A DNA stretch of 32,000 nt from Promethearchaeum syntrophicum (GTDB taxonomy: Archaea > Asgardarchaeota > Lokiarchaeia > Sigyniarchaeales > Promethearchaeaceae), in the NCBI RefSeq assembly GCF_008000775.2, contig NZ_CP042905.2, forward strand, positions 2,190,001 through 2,222,000. The letters run 5' to 3'. Positions 9,651-17,204 of this stretch are shown piece after piece. Position numbers and translations under genes: made by a program. Position 1 is the stretch's first letter; the number at the start of each line of letters is the position of its first letter. The notes under the pieces were generated by a model, which worked only from the letters and a program-made list of their open reading frames with translations, was not told the DNA's origin and did no database searches.

Positions 9651-10123
9651 AACTCCTCCTCAATGGTTGTAAACGAGATTATCAAATCGTACAAACCAAT
9701 TATTAAATTCAATCCTATTACTCCCATAGAGATGTAGACCATAGTTTCAAAGTTTAAAGAGAAAATAGCAAATACAAAACCCAAATCCAATGACACTGCA
9801 ATATCTAATGCACCTGAAAACCGATATAAATATAGATAAATTGCATTTGCGAAAATTAAAATAATCTCAAAGATTGCTTTCCGATTTGAGTATTTTGGCG
9901 AAGATGCTTTTGTAAAGGATAAGCTCGCAGTTATTGAACCCATAGCAACAATCCAGAATATTATAATATCGACTTTAGCTTCTGTATAACCAAGATCTAT
10001 AAACGTTGTCTCTGCATTTTGTAAAATTGAGCGAAAAATATACCATGGGATAAGGATCTTCGTAATTACATTGCTTAAAGCAGCACCAAATCCTTTTAAT
10101 AAGTTCTTCATTTTTGAATCCAT
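9647..10123 (-). CDS. Polytopic membrane protein (about 4 TM)
   Basis: 158-aa ATG ORF. A GGAGGAG Shine-Dalgarno-like motif lies 9 nt upstream. There are several hydrophobic helices. Confidence 0.6.
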   Translation of the reverse strand: MDSKMKNLLKGFGAALSNVITKILIPWYIFRSILQNAETTFIDLGYTEAKVDIIIFWIVAMGSITASLSFTKASSPKYSNRKAIFEIILIFANAIYLYLYRFSGALDIAVSLDLGFVFAIFSLNFETMVYISMGVIGLNLIIGLYDLIISFTTIEEEL

Positions 10124-10132
10124 TTTATATTC

Positions 10133-10139
10133 TCCTCCG
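10133..10139 (-). promoter_or_regulatory. Shine-Dalgarno-like GGAGGAG upstream of the 158-aa membrane protein gene
   Basis: The + strand reads ctcctcc, which is GGAGGAG on the coding strand, 9 nt before ATG 10123. It sits in the 20-nt gap after the upstream gene's stop. Confidence 0.4.
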
Positions 10140-10143
10140 ATTA

Positions 10144-10803
10144 TCAGAGTCCGTAATCATCCTTCAAATTTTGTTTGTACTGGCTATAGCTTATACTAAA
10201 ATAATCATCATATGCTATAGAAAACTCAAGATCTAATCCAAAATCAATCAATCCTAAATTATATTTTGAGGCTATTGATAAAGTTACGTTAATATCATAG
10301 TTATTCAAGATATAAGGAAAGCTTAATGGTCTTAGCAAGGGTTCAAGACTTGAATTGGTTGCAATTAGCGCATCTACTTCAGGATCATTCCAAGTCCCTC
10401 CCATATCACCCAATAAACTCTGATTATTAAAAAATTCTCCCGTTGCCACAAGATCTATCATATATGAGTTCTTCCCTTCTAGAGTATTTTGATATATCTC
10501 CCTATCCAAAAAGATAATTTGATCAGCAGACGACTTATTTTCCATATCAATTTTTAGAGATACCGTAAAATTCTCAAAGGCAAAATAACCATCGTTGGTA
10601 AAATTAAATGAAAGCGAGATATTGTTACCTGACGCTCCAAAATTTGCTTGAATATCACTTTCATTTATTTGAAAATTATTTTCTATATCACTAGCGATTA
10701 ATACAATCGAAATTCCCCCAACAATTGAAGTTAGAGCCACCGATAAAGTAATAAATGCGATCACAATTTTCATTATGAGCCTTACTATTTTCTGCCAAGC
10801 CAT
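10144..10803 (-). CDS. N-terminally anchored extracytoplasmic protein, rich in N-x-S/T sequons
   Basis: 219 aa. The N-terminal anchor is 'IVIAFITLSVALTSIVGGISIVLIA'. A beta-rich region follows with about 8 N-x-S/T sequons (NES, NIS, NFT x2, NKS, NQS, NSS, NVT). Confidence 0.6.
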   Translation of the reverse strand: MAWQKIVRLIMKIVIAFITLSVALTSIVGGISIVLIASDIENNFQINESDIQANFGASGNNISLSFNFTNDGYFAFENFTVSLKIDMENKSSADQIIFLDREIYQNTLEGKNSYMIDLVATGEFFNNQSLLGDMGGTWNDPEVDALIATNSSLEPLLRPLSFPYILNNYDINVTLSIASKYNLGLIDFGLDLEFSIAYDDYFSISYSQYKQNLKDDYGL

Positions 10804-11198
10804 ATTTTTTCTGCCAAGCCCTGTTAATTTGACAAATCTAAAGAAATTATTATTTTATTGATAGATTTAACCTTAATTATAAGATATAACATCTGTATAT
10901 TACATTAAAAAACTCAAAATTACAATATCCATAATTATCCTAATTCTTTCTCATCCCCCCTAATTCATATTATCTTCATAGAAATCTTACTCACAAGTAG
11001 GACATACTGAAAGAAAAATGAATTTTTTTTTTCTTTTACCTCCATTTTTTTTTCAGACTTTAATTATGATCTATATATCTGTAAATTGACCAATTTGATA
11101 CTTTTCTTTAATATTGTTACCGTACTCTTCAAATAGATACGTAAAATCCGATATTTAAAATTCGGTAATTTAAAATCCTTTGTTACATTTGGTTAAAC

Positions 11199-11396
11199 AT
11201 GCAAAATTCATTTTCTGACATTATTTTACCACAAAGTATGAAAAATACTTATAAATGTGATTACTGTGAGAAAACCCTTCCTAAACGCTATTTCGTTCAT
11301 AAGAATATTGGTCAAGAAGTTCCAGAGCACAGATTCTGCTCAAAAGAATGTAAAACAAATTGGTGTTCCGATCTCTCGAAAAAGAGTGCAAAATAA
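11199..11396 (+). CDS. TRASH/FCS-type (L24e-like) zinc-ribbon mini-protein
   Basis: 65 aa. 'CDYCEKTLPKRYFVHKNIGQEVPEHRFCSKEC' has C-x2-C-x23-C-x3-C spacing with an F-C-S signature. The layout recalls archaeal L24e ('CDYCGTDIEPGTGTMFVHKDG...FCSSKCENN'), but the PGxG loop is missing. Confidence 0.55.
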   Translation: MQNSFSDIILPQSMKNTYKCDYCEKTLPKRYFVHKNIGQEVPEHRFCSKECKTNWCSDLSKKSAK

Positions 11397-11435
11397 TGTT
11401 CTTTAGGTAAACCCACAGTTTTTTTTATAATTATT

Positions 11436-12344
11436 CTATTTCTCTGATTCCTTATTATATGTAAGTAAAAGTCTTGTTAATTCTTTCAAAATTCCTAGCT
11501 GTTGCAATTGATCCCACCTTGAGAAAAGGATAGGAAGAAATTCCCTGCATTGAATGTCATACCAAGTTTTTTCATTAACGTATTCTTTAATAGTCTCGTT
11601 ATAATGTCGAATTATACTATAAAAGAAACTTTTCATATAAGTTGGTTCTAAACCTAATGTTTCTTTATTTACTAAGGAATCACCACTCGATGTATCAAAA
11701 ATGATAATCCCTTTAGTTAAATCAACCATCGGAATATATAATTTAAGTATTTTAAATGCTTCAGGATTCACACGATATTCATCCCACTCCCAGAAGAGAG
11801 GTGTGTATTCGTTTATTTCTCTCAATATGTGAAGATAAGCTTTCTTTTTGAAATATGTCCGGATAATCTTAATATATTTAATAAGAATTTGCTGAAAAAG
11901 CCCTAACATATCTAAAAGGGTTCCTATAGTTCGTGATTCACTGACTAATTCCCATTCTTTTCTAAGAGATCGTAAGGTAATTTTAAATTTTTCAAAAAAT
12001 TGAAGATTTGCGGCGCCATCTTCCCAATATTTTAGATCAATATGGTATTTAATCACAAATAATTTTAATACAATTTCTAACTGCGAACGCATTACCTTGC
12101 TATTCTGCTCTTTAGCATCTGCAGCTATAAGAAGAAGATTATGTTTTGAAGAAATCACGTAAGTCCAACGCATATCATGCATTTCAATGCTCTGGATGCC
12201 TTGTTCTTGAATTTCAACTTCCGAGAAATTATTTAACGCGGCCAACAAACCTGATACAATAATCGCTCGAAAGGGAGCATTATCAAATGAATGATAAAAT
12301 AACATGGTGGAAGAATCTTTCTTTATTATCCAAATATGCTTCAT
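11436..12344 (-). CDS. Paralog 1 of a window-specific family: longin/roadblock-like N-domain plus helical C-domain
   Basis: The track starts at TTG 12347. ATG 12344 gives 'MKHIWIIKK...', matching the MKHFW starts of the other two paralogs. The N-terminal roughly 110 aa has a beta-beta-alpha-beta-beta-alpha pattern ('IVSGLLAALNNFSEVE', 'WTYVISSKHNLLLIAADA', 'VMRSQLEIVLKLFV'). Confidence 0.7.
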   Translation of the reverse strand: MKHIWIIKKDSSTMLFYHSFDNAPFRAIIVSGLLAALNNFSEVEIQEQGIQSIEMHDMRWTYVISSKHNLLLIAADAKEQNSKVMRSQLEIVLKLFVIKYHIDLKYWEDGAANLQFFEKFKITLRSLRKEWELVSESRTIGTLLDMLGLFQQILIKYIKIIRTYFKKKAYLHILREINEYTPLFWEWDEYRVNPEAFKILKLYIPMVDLTKGIIIFDTSSGDSLVNKETLGLEPTYMKSFFYSIIRHYNETIKEYVNEKTWYDIQCREFLPILFSRWDQLQQLGILKELTRLLLTYNKESEK

Positions 12345-12641
12345 CAATTTTCCCCTGCTATAGCTTATTATTCCTTGTTATTTATCAAACAAAAAAAACA
12401 TTACTTTTCAAAAATAAGATGTTTTATAAGACAAAATTATTAATACTTATCGGAGGAATTTGATAAAAATTGTGATGACTATTTATAACCTAATTTCATT
12501 GTTCTAAAGCGTGAAAAACTTGATTATTATTTTTTTTATAAAAGATTGTAGAAGTTTATTAATTATCTATTTGAAATTTTATCATTTTTTCTTAATTCTG
12601 TTGGGGGATTATTTTTAAATAGAAATGAATAATTATTGATT

Positions 12642-13475
12642 ATGTCATCTACAACGACAGAAAATGTTTTTGAAAAAATAACTTATACAGATGGTACAGA
12701 ATCACCCGCAGATTTTGGAAAAATTGTTCGGTTCAACTTAATCATGGGGATTTTGCATTTTGTACAAGCTACTTTAATGCTTATAATGGGATTTGCTTTA
12801 GAAAATTTAAAAAATTTTCAAGCTTCAATTTATATTTTAGAAGTAGATTATCCATTTTTCGCATTATCTGACGAACCCTTTTTAATATTAAAAAGTGTTG
12901 GACCTATAATTGCCTCCTTTTTATATTTCTCTGCAATTGCTCATTTCTTATTAGCGGGCCCTTTGAAAAAATCTTATAAAAAGAATTTAGAGAAAAAAAT
13001 GAACCCCCTTCGTTGGTTTGAATATGCATTTTCAAGTTCAATTATGATTTTCTTTATTGCAGTATTATTTGGGGTGAAAGAATTCTGGATATTATTTTTA
13101 ATCTTCATTAGTAATGCTCTAATGAACTTGTTTGGTCACATGATGGAATTACATAACCAATATACAAAGAAAACAAACTGGACAGGGTATATTTATGGTT
13201 GGATTGCAGGTTTGGTTCCTTGGGTAGTGATTACTGCTGTATTCGTGTCAGCTATGCAAGTTGAAGGCGTTCCTTGGTTTGTTCCCTATATATATGGATT
13301 TGAAGTGTTATTATTCATGTCATTTGCTTTTAATATGCTTTTACAATATCTAAAAGTTGGACCTTGGAAAGATTATGTTCACGGAGAAAGAGTATATATA
13401 ATATTAAGTCTGATTGCTAAAACTCTTTTGGCATGGTTTGTTTTTGCAGGTGTGTTACAACCCGGAGAAATGTAA
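12642..13475 (+). CDS. Heliorhodopsin (7TM retinal protein, inverted topology family)
   Basis: Block-wise match to heliorhodopsin 48C12 as I recall it. 'NPLRWFEYAFSSSIM' aligns with 'NIFRWVEYSLSSSVM' (counterion Glu, codon 13020-13022). 'GERVYIILSLIAKTLLAWFVFAGVL' aligns with 'GERAYIVLSLVAKSALAWQIFSGTL' (Schiff-base Lys, codon 13419-13421). Both conserved His are present ('LHFVQ', 'IAHFLL'). The track start is TTG 12636 and the first ATG is 12642. Confidence 0.9.
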   Translation: MSSTTTENVFEKITYTDGTESPADFGKIVRFNLIMGILHFVQATLMLIMGFALENLKNFQASIYILEVDYPFFALSDEPFLILKSVGPIIASFLYFSAIAHFLLAGPLKKSYKKNLEKKMNPLRWFEYAFSSSIMIFFIAVLFGVKEFWILFLIFISNALMNLFGHMMELHNQYTKKTNWTGYIYGWIAGLVPWVVITAVFVSAMQVEGVPWFVPYIYGFEVLLFMSFAFNMLLQYLKVGPWKDYVHGERVYIILSLIAKTLLAWFVFAGVLQPGEM

Positions 13476-13580
13476 TATCAAGCAAGAGAAATACGGAAAG
13501 AAGGTTTTTTTTCTTTTTTAATTTAATAATATAATCAAAACTATTTTAAATCCAATAATCAATTATTAGATGAACATCTT

Positions 13581-14057
13581 ATGAAGGATAAATTTGGAAT
13601 TGTAGGATCAAAATTGGATGATTTTGAGTTACCTACATCGCGTAATACTATGTTTTCTTCTCTAAGTATGAGAACGAAAGCAAATCTTGTGATAGTTCTT
13701 TTACGAGATATTCATTGACCTTATTGTCGTGCGCATTTAGGAAGATTAGCTATGGCTTATGAGAGATTTCAAGCTTTGAAGACAGAAATTATTCCCATTT
13801 TAGTAGATAACTTGAAAAACGTTCAAAAAATGGAATCGAAATATGCTAAGGGAAAATTCCCGATTCTCTATGATGAAAAAAATTTTGTAGCCAAAAAGTT
13901 GCACCAAGAAGTAAAATTGTTAAAATTGGGGCGTCTTCCAGGAATGTTAATTGTGGATAAGCAAGGATTAGTCCAATATGCATATTATGGAGATAATATG
14001 GCTGATATTCCTAAGAATCGTGATGTCTTAGAAATATTAGCGACAATGCAAAGTTAA
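13581..14057 (+). CDS. Peroxiredoxin-like (AhpC/TSA-type thioredoxin-fold) redoxin with in-frame TGA at the CxxC position; candidate selenoprotein (UxxC), alternatively a nonsense pseudogene
   Basis: The track shows only 13752..14057. The same frame is open from ATG 13581 apart from TGA 13716-13718. Read-through gives '...KANLVIVLLRDIH[TGA]PYCRAHLGRLAMAYERFQAL...GRLPGMLIVDKQGLVQYAYYG', a full-length fold of about 158 codons. The TGA aligns with the first redox Cys. Confidence 0.55.
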
Positions 14058-14132
14058 TGATTCAAACATAGAATATAATGTAAACCTATGGATTATATTC
14101 ACAAGGTGTGCCCTCACCGTTTGATTTTTTTT
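14057..14132 (+). other. Structured 3' UTR element (candidate SECIS and/or terminator) followed by a T8 run
   Basis: Complementary segments are CAAAC 14063-14067 with GTTTG 14119-14123, GAATATAAT 14071-14079 with ATTATATTC 14092-14100, and GGTG 14105-14108 with CACC 14115-14118 (loop TGCCCT). TTTTTTTT follows at 14125-14132. Confidence 0.3.
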
Positions 14133-14222
14133 CTTACTTTTCAGAAAGGCAGGGTTTTCAATTCATAGATTAAGTTTTAAATAAATAGGAAAAAAAATTG
14201 AATTAGATCTGTGTTATTTTAT

Positions 14223-14714
14223 CTATTCGTTAATTATCTCGAAGATCATCTTGTCTATTATAGCTTTCTTCGTTTCTCGTTTATCAAAATACCATCCCAC
14301 GATATTGTCCGGCGTGATAACTACCATTACTCCTGTCGTTAGGTAATTGAGAATCTTCAAATCAACTTCGTGTAAATTTTCTTTACCATTTGGATGAGTG
14401 TGAAACTGATAGATAATGTCAATGTTTCGTTCTTCCTTTAGCTTACGCATATAATATAATTTATGCTTTTTCATGCGCATCCAACTTTTTGGGCGTACAT
14501 GTGAGTCGGCTGGGTCTTTGGTGACATCATAACCATTTATAATGGCGAAGTTGTTCTTTCTGTCTGCAAACATCCACCCTGCGACAATTCGATTCTTGTC
14601 TTTATGCCCATCTTTAGCTAGTTGCGTTAGTTCAACGAAAATTGCCTCTGGAATCAAATAACGAAAATCTATACTGGCCATGTTTTTTATCTCCAATGAT
14701 AAATAAAAACACAT
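14223..14714 (-). CDS. JAB/MPN (JAMM-like) domain protein
   Basis: 163 aa. 'FHTHPNGKENLHEVD' fits H-x-H-x7-[S]-x2-D with His in the Ser position. An upstream acidic residue lies in 'IPEAIFVEL'. The likely true start is ATG 14681 (MASIDFRY...), preceded by GGAG. Confidence 0.7.
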   Translation of the reverse strand: MCFYLSLEIKNMASIDFRYLIPEAIFVELTQLAKDGHKDKNRIVAGWMFADRKNNFAIINGYDVTKDPADSHVRPKSWMRMKKHKLYYMRKLKEERNIDIIYQFHTHPNGKENLHEVDLKILNYLTTGVMVVITPDNIVGWYFDKRETKKAIIDKMIFEIINE

Positions 14715-14799
14715 TAGTTTTGAATATTTCGAATATTACTCTATTGGGGAGTTTAAGTGAAAAAAAAATAAAAAAAAGAACAATTAAAGTAAGAATAAC

Positions 14800-15687
14800 T
14801 TAACGTGTTCTGACTTTTTTCTCTTTAAATGCATTTGACATTAGATTTTGGTTGTAACCTGTTGGAATTTTTCCAGTATCTGCATAAACGAATAATGCGG
14901 TATTATAAACAGAATTGGCAACATTGAAAATCAATGATAACACAATAAGGTATACAATAAATACTCCAACTGCAAGAACAATGCTCCAAAAATCCATGGT
15001 TGGATAAAGTAAGAAACCTAATGCTGTCGCTATTGCTGCACCGGGTATTAGCAAGAGGAATTGAATTAAACCCATACCATAATGTCGGACTATACTTTCA
15101 CCCCAAGTCTTGGAAAGTGTATTAATTGACTTTTTAATTGCGGCTTTCGGTCCAAGCCCATAATAAACCATCCCTGGAACTACAAAGATCGTGACGATAT
15201 TCCATACCATACCGATGATTCCCCGTAAAAATCTGACAAGAACTTCGCCAACATTTCCTAAATTTTGAGCAAATTGTTCAAGGACATATAATAAAAGCCC
15301 AACAGTGGCAGACAACAAACTCCAGGCAAAAATTAGATGGAATTTTTTGAATGCAAATGCCAAACTGCTCCCTAAGGTAGCATTTCCCCCTTCAAATCGT
15401 GTCTTGACAGTATATACAACGCAAACATTGAAAAATGTAGCGATTAAAGCCAATCCCAGATAAGTAACAAAAACAATAAGGTATTCAATCAATCCAAATG
15501 CGGTAGTCATATCATCTGGAATACCAGTTTCAATCCAACTAAAAAAAATTGTTGGAAATAGAATTGCGAAGGAGAATAACATCGAAAAAATTGCTGCTAA
15601 GAACGGATAAATCAATAACTCTTTATCTTTACTTATAACCCTAAAGGAAATTTTGGTTATTTCCCATGATCTACTAAAAACACCCAT
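14800..15687 (-). CDS. Polytopic membrane protein of unknown function (about 6-7 TM)
   Basis: 295-aa ATG ORF with repeated long hydrophobic helices. It is on the same strand as the JAB gene and 85 nt upstream of it. Confidence 0.65.
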   Translation of the reverse strand: MGVFSRSWEITKISFRVISKDKELLIYPFLAAIFSMLFSFAILFPTIFFSWIETGIPDDMTTAFGLIEYLIVFVTYLGLALIATFFNVCVVYTVKTRFEGGNATLGSSLAFAFKKFHLIFAWSLLSATVGLLLYVLEQFAQNLGNVGEVLVRFLRGIIGMVWNIVTIFVVPGMVYYGLGPKAAIKKSINTLSKTWGESIVRHYGMGLIQFLLLIPGAAIATALGFLLYPTMDFWSIVLAVGVFIVYLIVLSLIFNVANSVYNTALFVYADTGKIPTGYNQNLMSNAFKEKKVRTR

Positions 15688-15927
15688 TTTTAAATCATTT
15701 ATTATATTGAATTTCTCCTATAAATATCTTTTTGGTATAGGTTATTCAATTCAAGTTAGCTAATCCTTTTCAGACATTTTAGATTTTCATTTTGATATAA
15801 ATGCGTGGTAAGAATGGTTTCGAAAATAAAAGAACTCAAAAACTTAAAAATTTAAAATAGTTCCAGAAGAATATTATTTAATCAACACATTATTTGATTA
15901 ATTAAATAAACAGTTAAAATAGTGAAA

Positions 15928-16938
15928 ATGATGGTAAGAAGACGGTATGATGGTATGCAAGCTGATGTTCCCACTTTTAGGAATGTGGAGCCCCATGTCA
16001 TGAAAACTCGGAATGAATCAGTGGGATTATTTAACACTCAATTTGACCTCACTAAAACCCTACCTTTTATCGAAGAATATAATCAAAAGAATAATCTCGA
16101 TAGAAAGCAAAGATTAACATTTTTCCAAGTGTTTCTCTGTGCGATGACACGAACTTTTTTGTATCATCCACATTTGAACAGATTTATTCTTGGAAGAAGG
16201 TATTGGCAGAGAAATAGATTAAATTTCTCATTTGTAGTTAAAAAACAATTAAAAACTTATGCAAAAGAGACATTTGCAAAAATGGATTTTGATCCTTTGA
16301 GCACAATTGAAGATGTTCGCCAATTATATCATAATTATATCAATAAATCCAGATCGAGCAAAGGAAATGAGACAGAAGCAGAAATTGATTTTTTTGGATC
16401 TCTTCCCCGCTGGGTTTTGATGATTGCTATGAAGGTAGTTAAATTTCTTGATTTTTTTAATATATTACCTCCAAAAATGATGATTGAACCAGATCCGATG
16501 TATGTAAGTGCAACTTTAGCAAATTTGGGAAGTGTCGGTATTCAAGGTCAGGTTATACACCATATCTTTGAATGGGGAAATTCCAGTTGGTTTATTTGTG
16601 TAAATAAGATACATAAACAAGTTGTTGCAACCGAAGAGGGAGAAATAAAGGTAATTGATGTGGTAGATGTTGGAATAAATCTGGATGAACGTATCAGTGA
16701 GGGTATGTATTATATGAATGGTCTAAAAACCATGAAGAAATTTATCGAAAATCCCGAGTTAATGCTTGAAAAGCCTGAGGTAACACAAGATCAGATTGAT
16801 GATATGATGTTAAATGATCCTCGGGATAAAAAAAATTATAAAAAGCGTCAAAAGTATTTAGAAAAACGTCAAAAAGAGAAAAAGAAAGAACGAGAACGAA
16901 AAGCAAAAGAAAGATTAAAAGCTGAGAAGAACGCTTAG
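15928..16938 (+). CDS. Stand-alone 2-oxoacid dehydrogenase E2 / CAT-fold acyltransferase-like protein (no lipoyl domain), with K/E-rich tail
   Basis: 'LTFFQVFLCAMTRTFLYHPHLNRFI', 'ATLANLGSVGIQG' and 'GINLDERISEGMYYMNGLKTMKKFIENPELML' parallel E2 catalytic-domain blocks, including 'DHRVIDG...FL..lk..lE.P..ll'. The track starts at GTG 15922 and the first ATG is 15928. Confidence 0.7.
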   Translation: MMVRRRYDGMQADVPTFRNVEPHVMKTRNESVGLFNTQFDLTKTLPFIEEYNQKNNLDRKQRLTFFQVFLCAMTRTFLYHPHLNRFILGRRYWQRNRLNFSFVVKKQLKTYAKETFAKMDFDPLSTIEDVRQLYHNYINKSRSSKGNETEAEIDFFGSLPRWVLMIAMKVVKFLDFFNILPPKMMIEPDPMYVSATLANLGSVGIQGQVIHHIFEWGNSSWFICVNKIHKQVVATEEGEIKVIDVVDVGINLDERISEGMYYMNGLKTMKKFIENPELMLEKPEVTQDQIDDMMLNDPRDKKNYKKRQKYLEKRQKEKKKERERKAKERLKAEKNA

Positions 16939-16939
16939 A

Positions 16940-16962
16940 TTTTTTCTATTTTTTTTTTTTTT
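16940..16962 (+). terminator. Poly-T tract (archaeal-type terminator candidate)
   Basis: 'ttttttctatttttttttttttt' follows directly after the stop at 16938 and includes an uninterrupted T14 at 16949-16962. Confidence 0.4.
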
Positions 16963-17204
16963 CAATTTCAATTAAAATTTTTTTTCGTGATGTTCAGAAG
17001 TTATCTAAGCTCCCAAAAAGCCATGGAGTTTAACCACGATTTTTAGTGTGATGGGATAGAATTAATTCCCAACTTAGATCATTTATGAAGTCCATGTTTT
17101 TCTTATTCATTTTTTCATACTATTCAGATCCCCAATACAAAAAATTTTATTAGAAGTACAATTATTTTAAGCGTATTTAGAAATTAAAAAAATGTGCCAT
17201 TATC

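Noticed and set aside
10788-10820. A 14-nt direct repeat TTTTCTGCCAAGCC occurs twice (10788-10801 and 10807-10820), spanning the start codon of the 219-aa gene. It amounts to a tandem duplication of about 19 nt of the first codons.
   Set aside because: It is real in the sequence but small. It most simply reflects a slippage or duplication scar upstream of the ATG. The upstream copy contains no ATG, and I can infer no function.
13752-14057. The 101-aa ORF taken as a stand-alone gene starting at ATG 13752.
   Set aside because: It would encode only the C-terminal two thirds of a thioredoxin fold, without the redox motif. The upstream frame is open and encodes the missing N-terminal strand and the xPYC motif, interrupted only by one TGA. 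I therefore merged them as a Sec-recoded gene or, less likely, a pseudogene.
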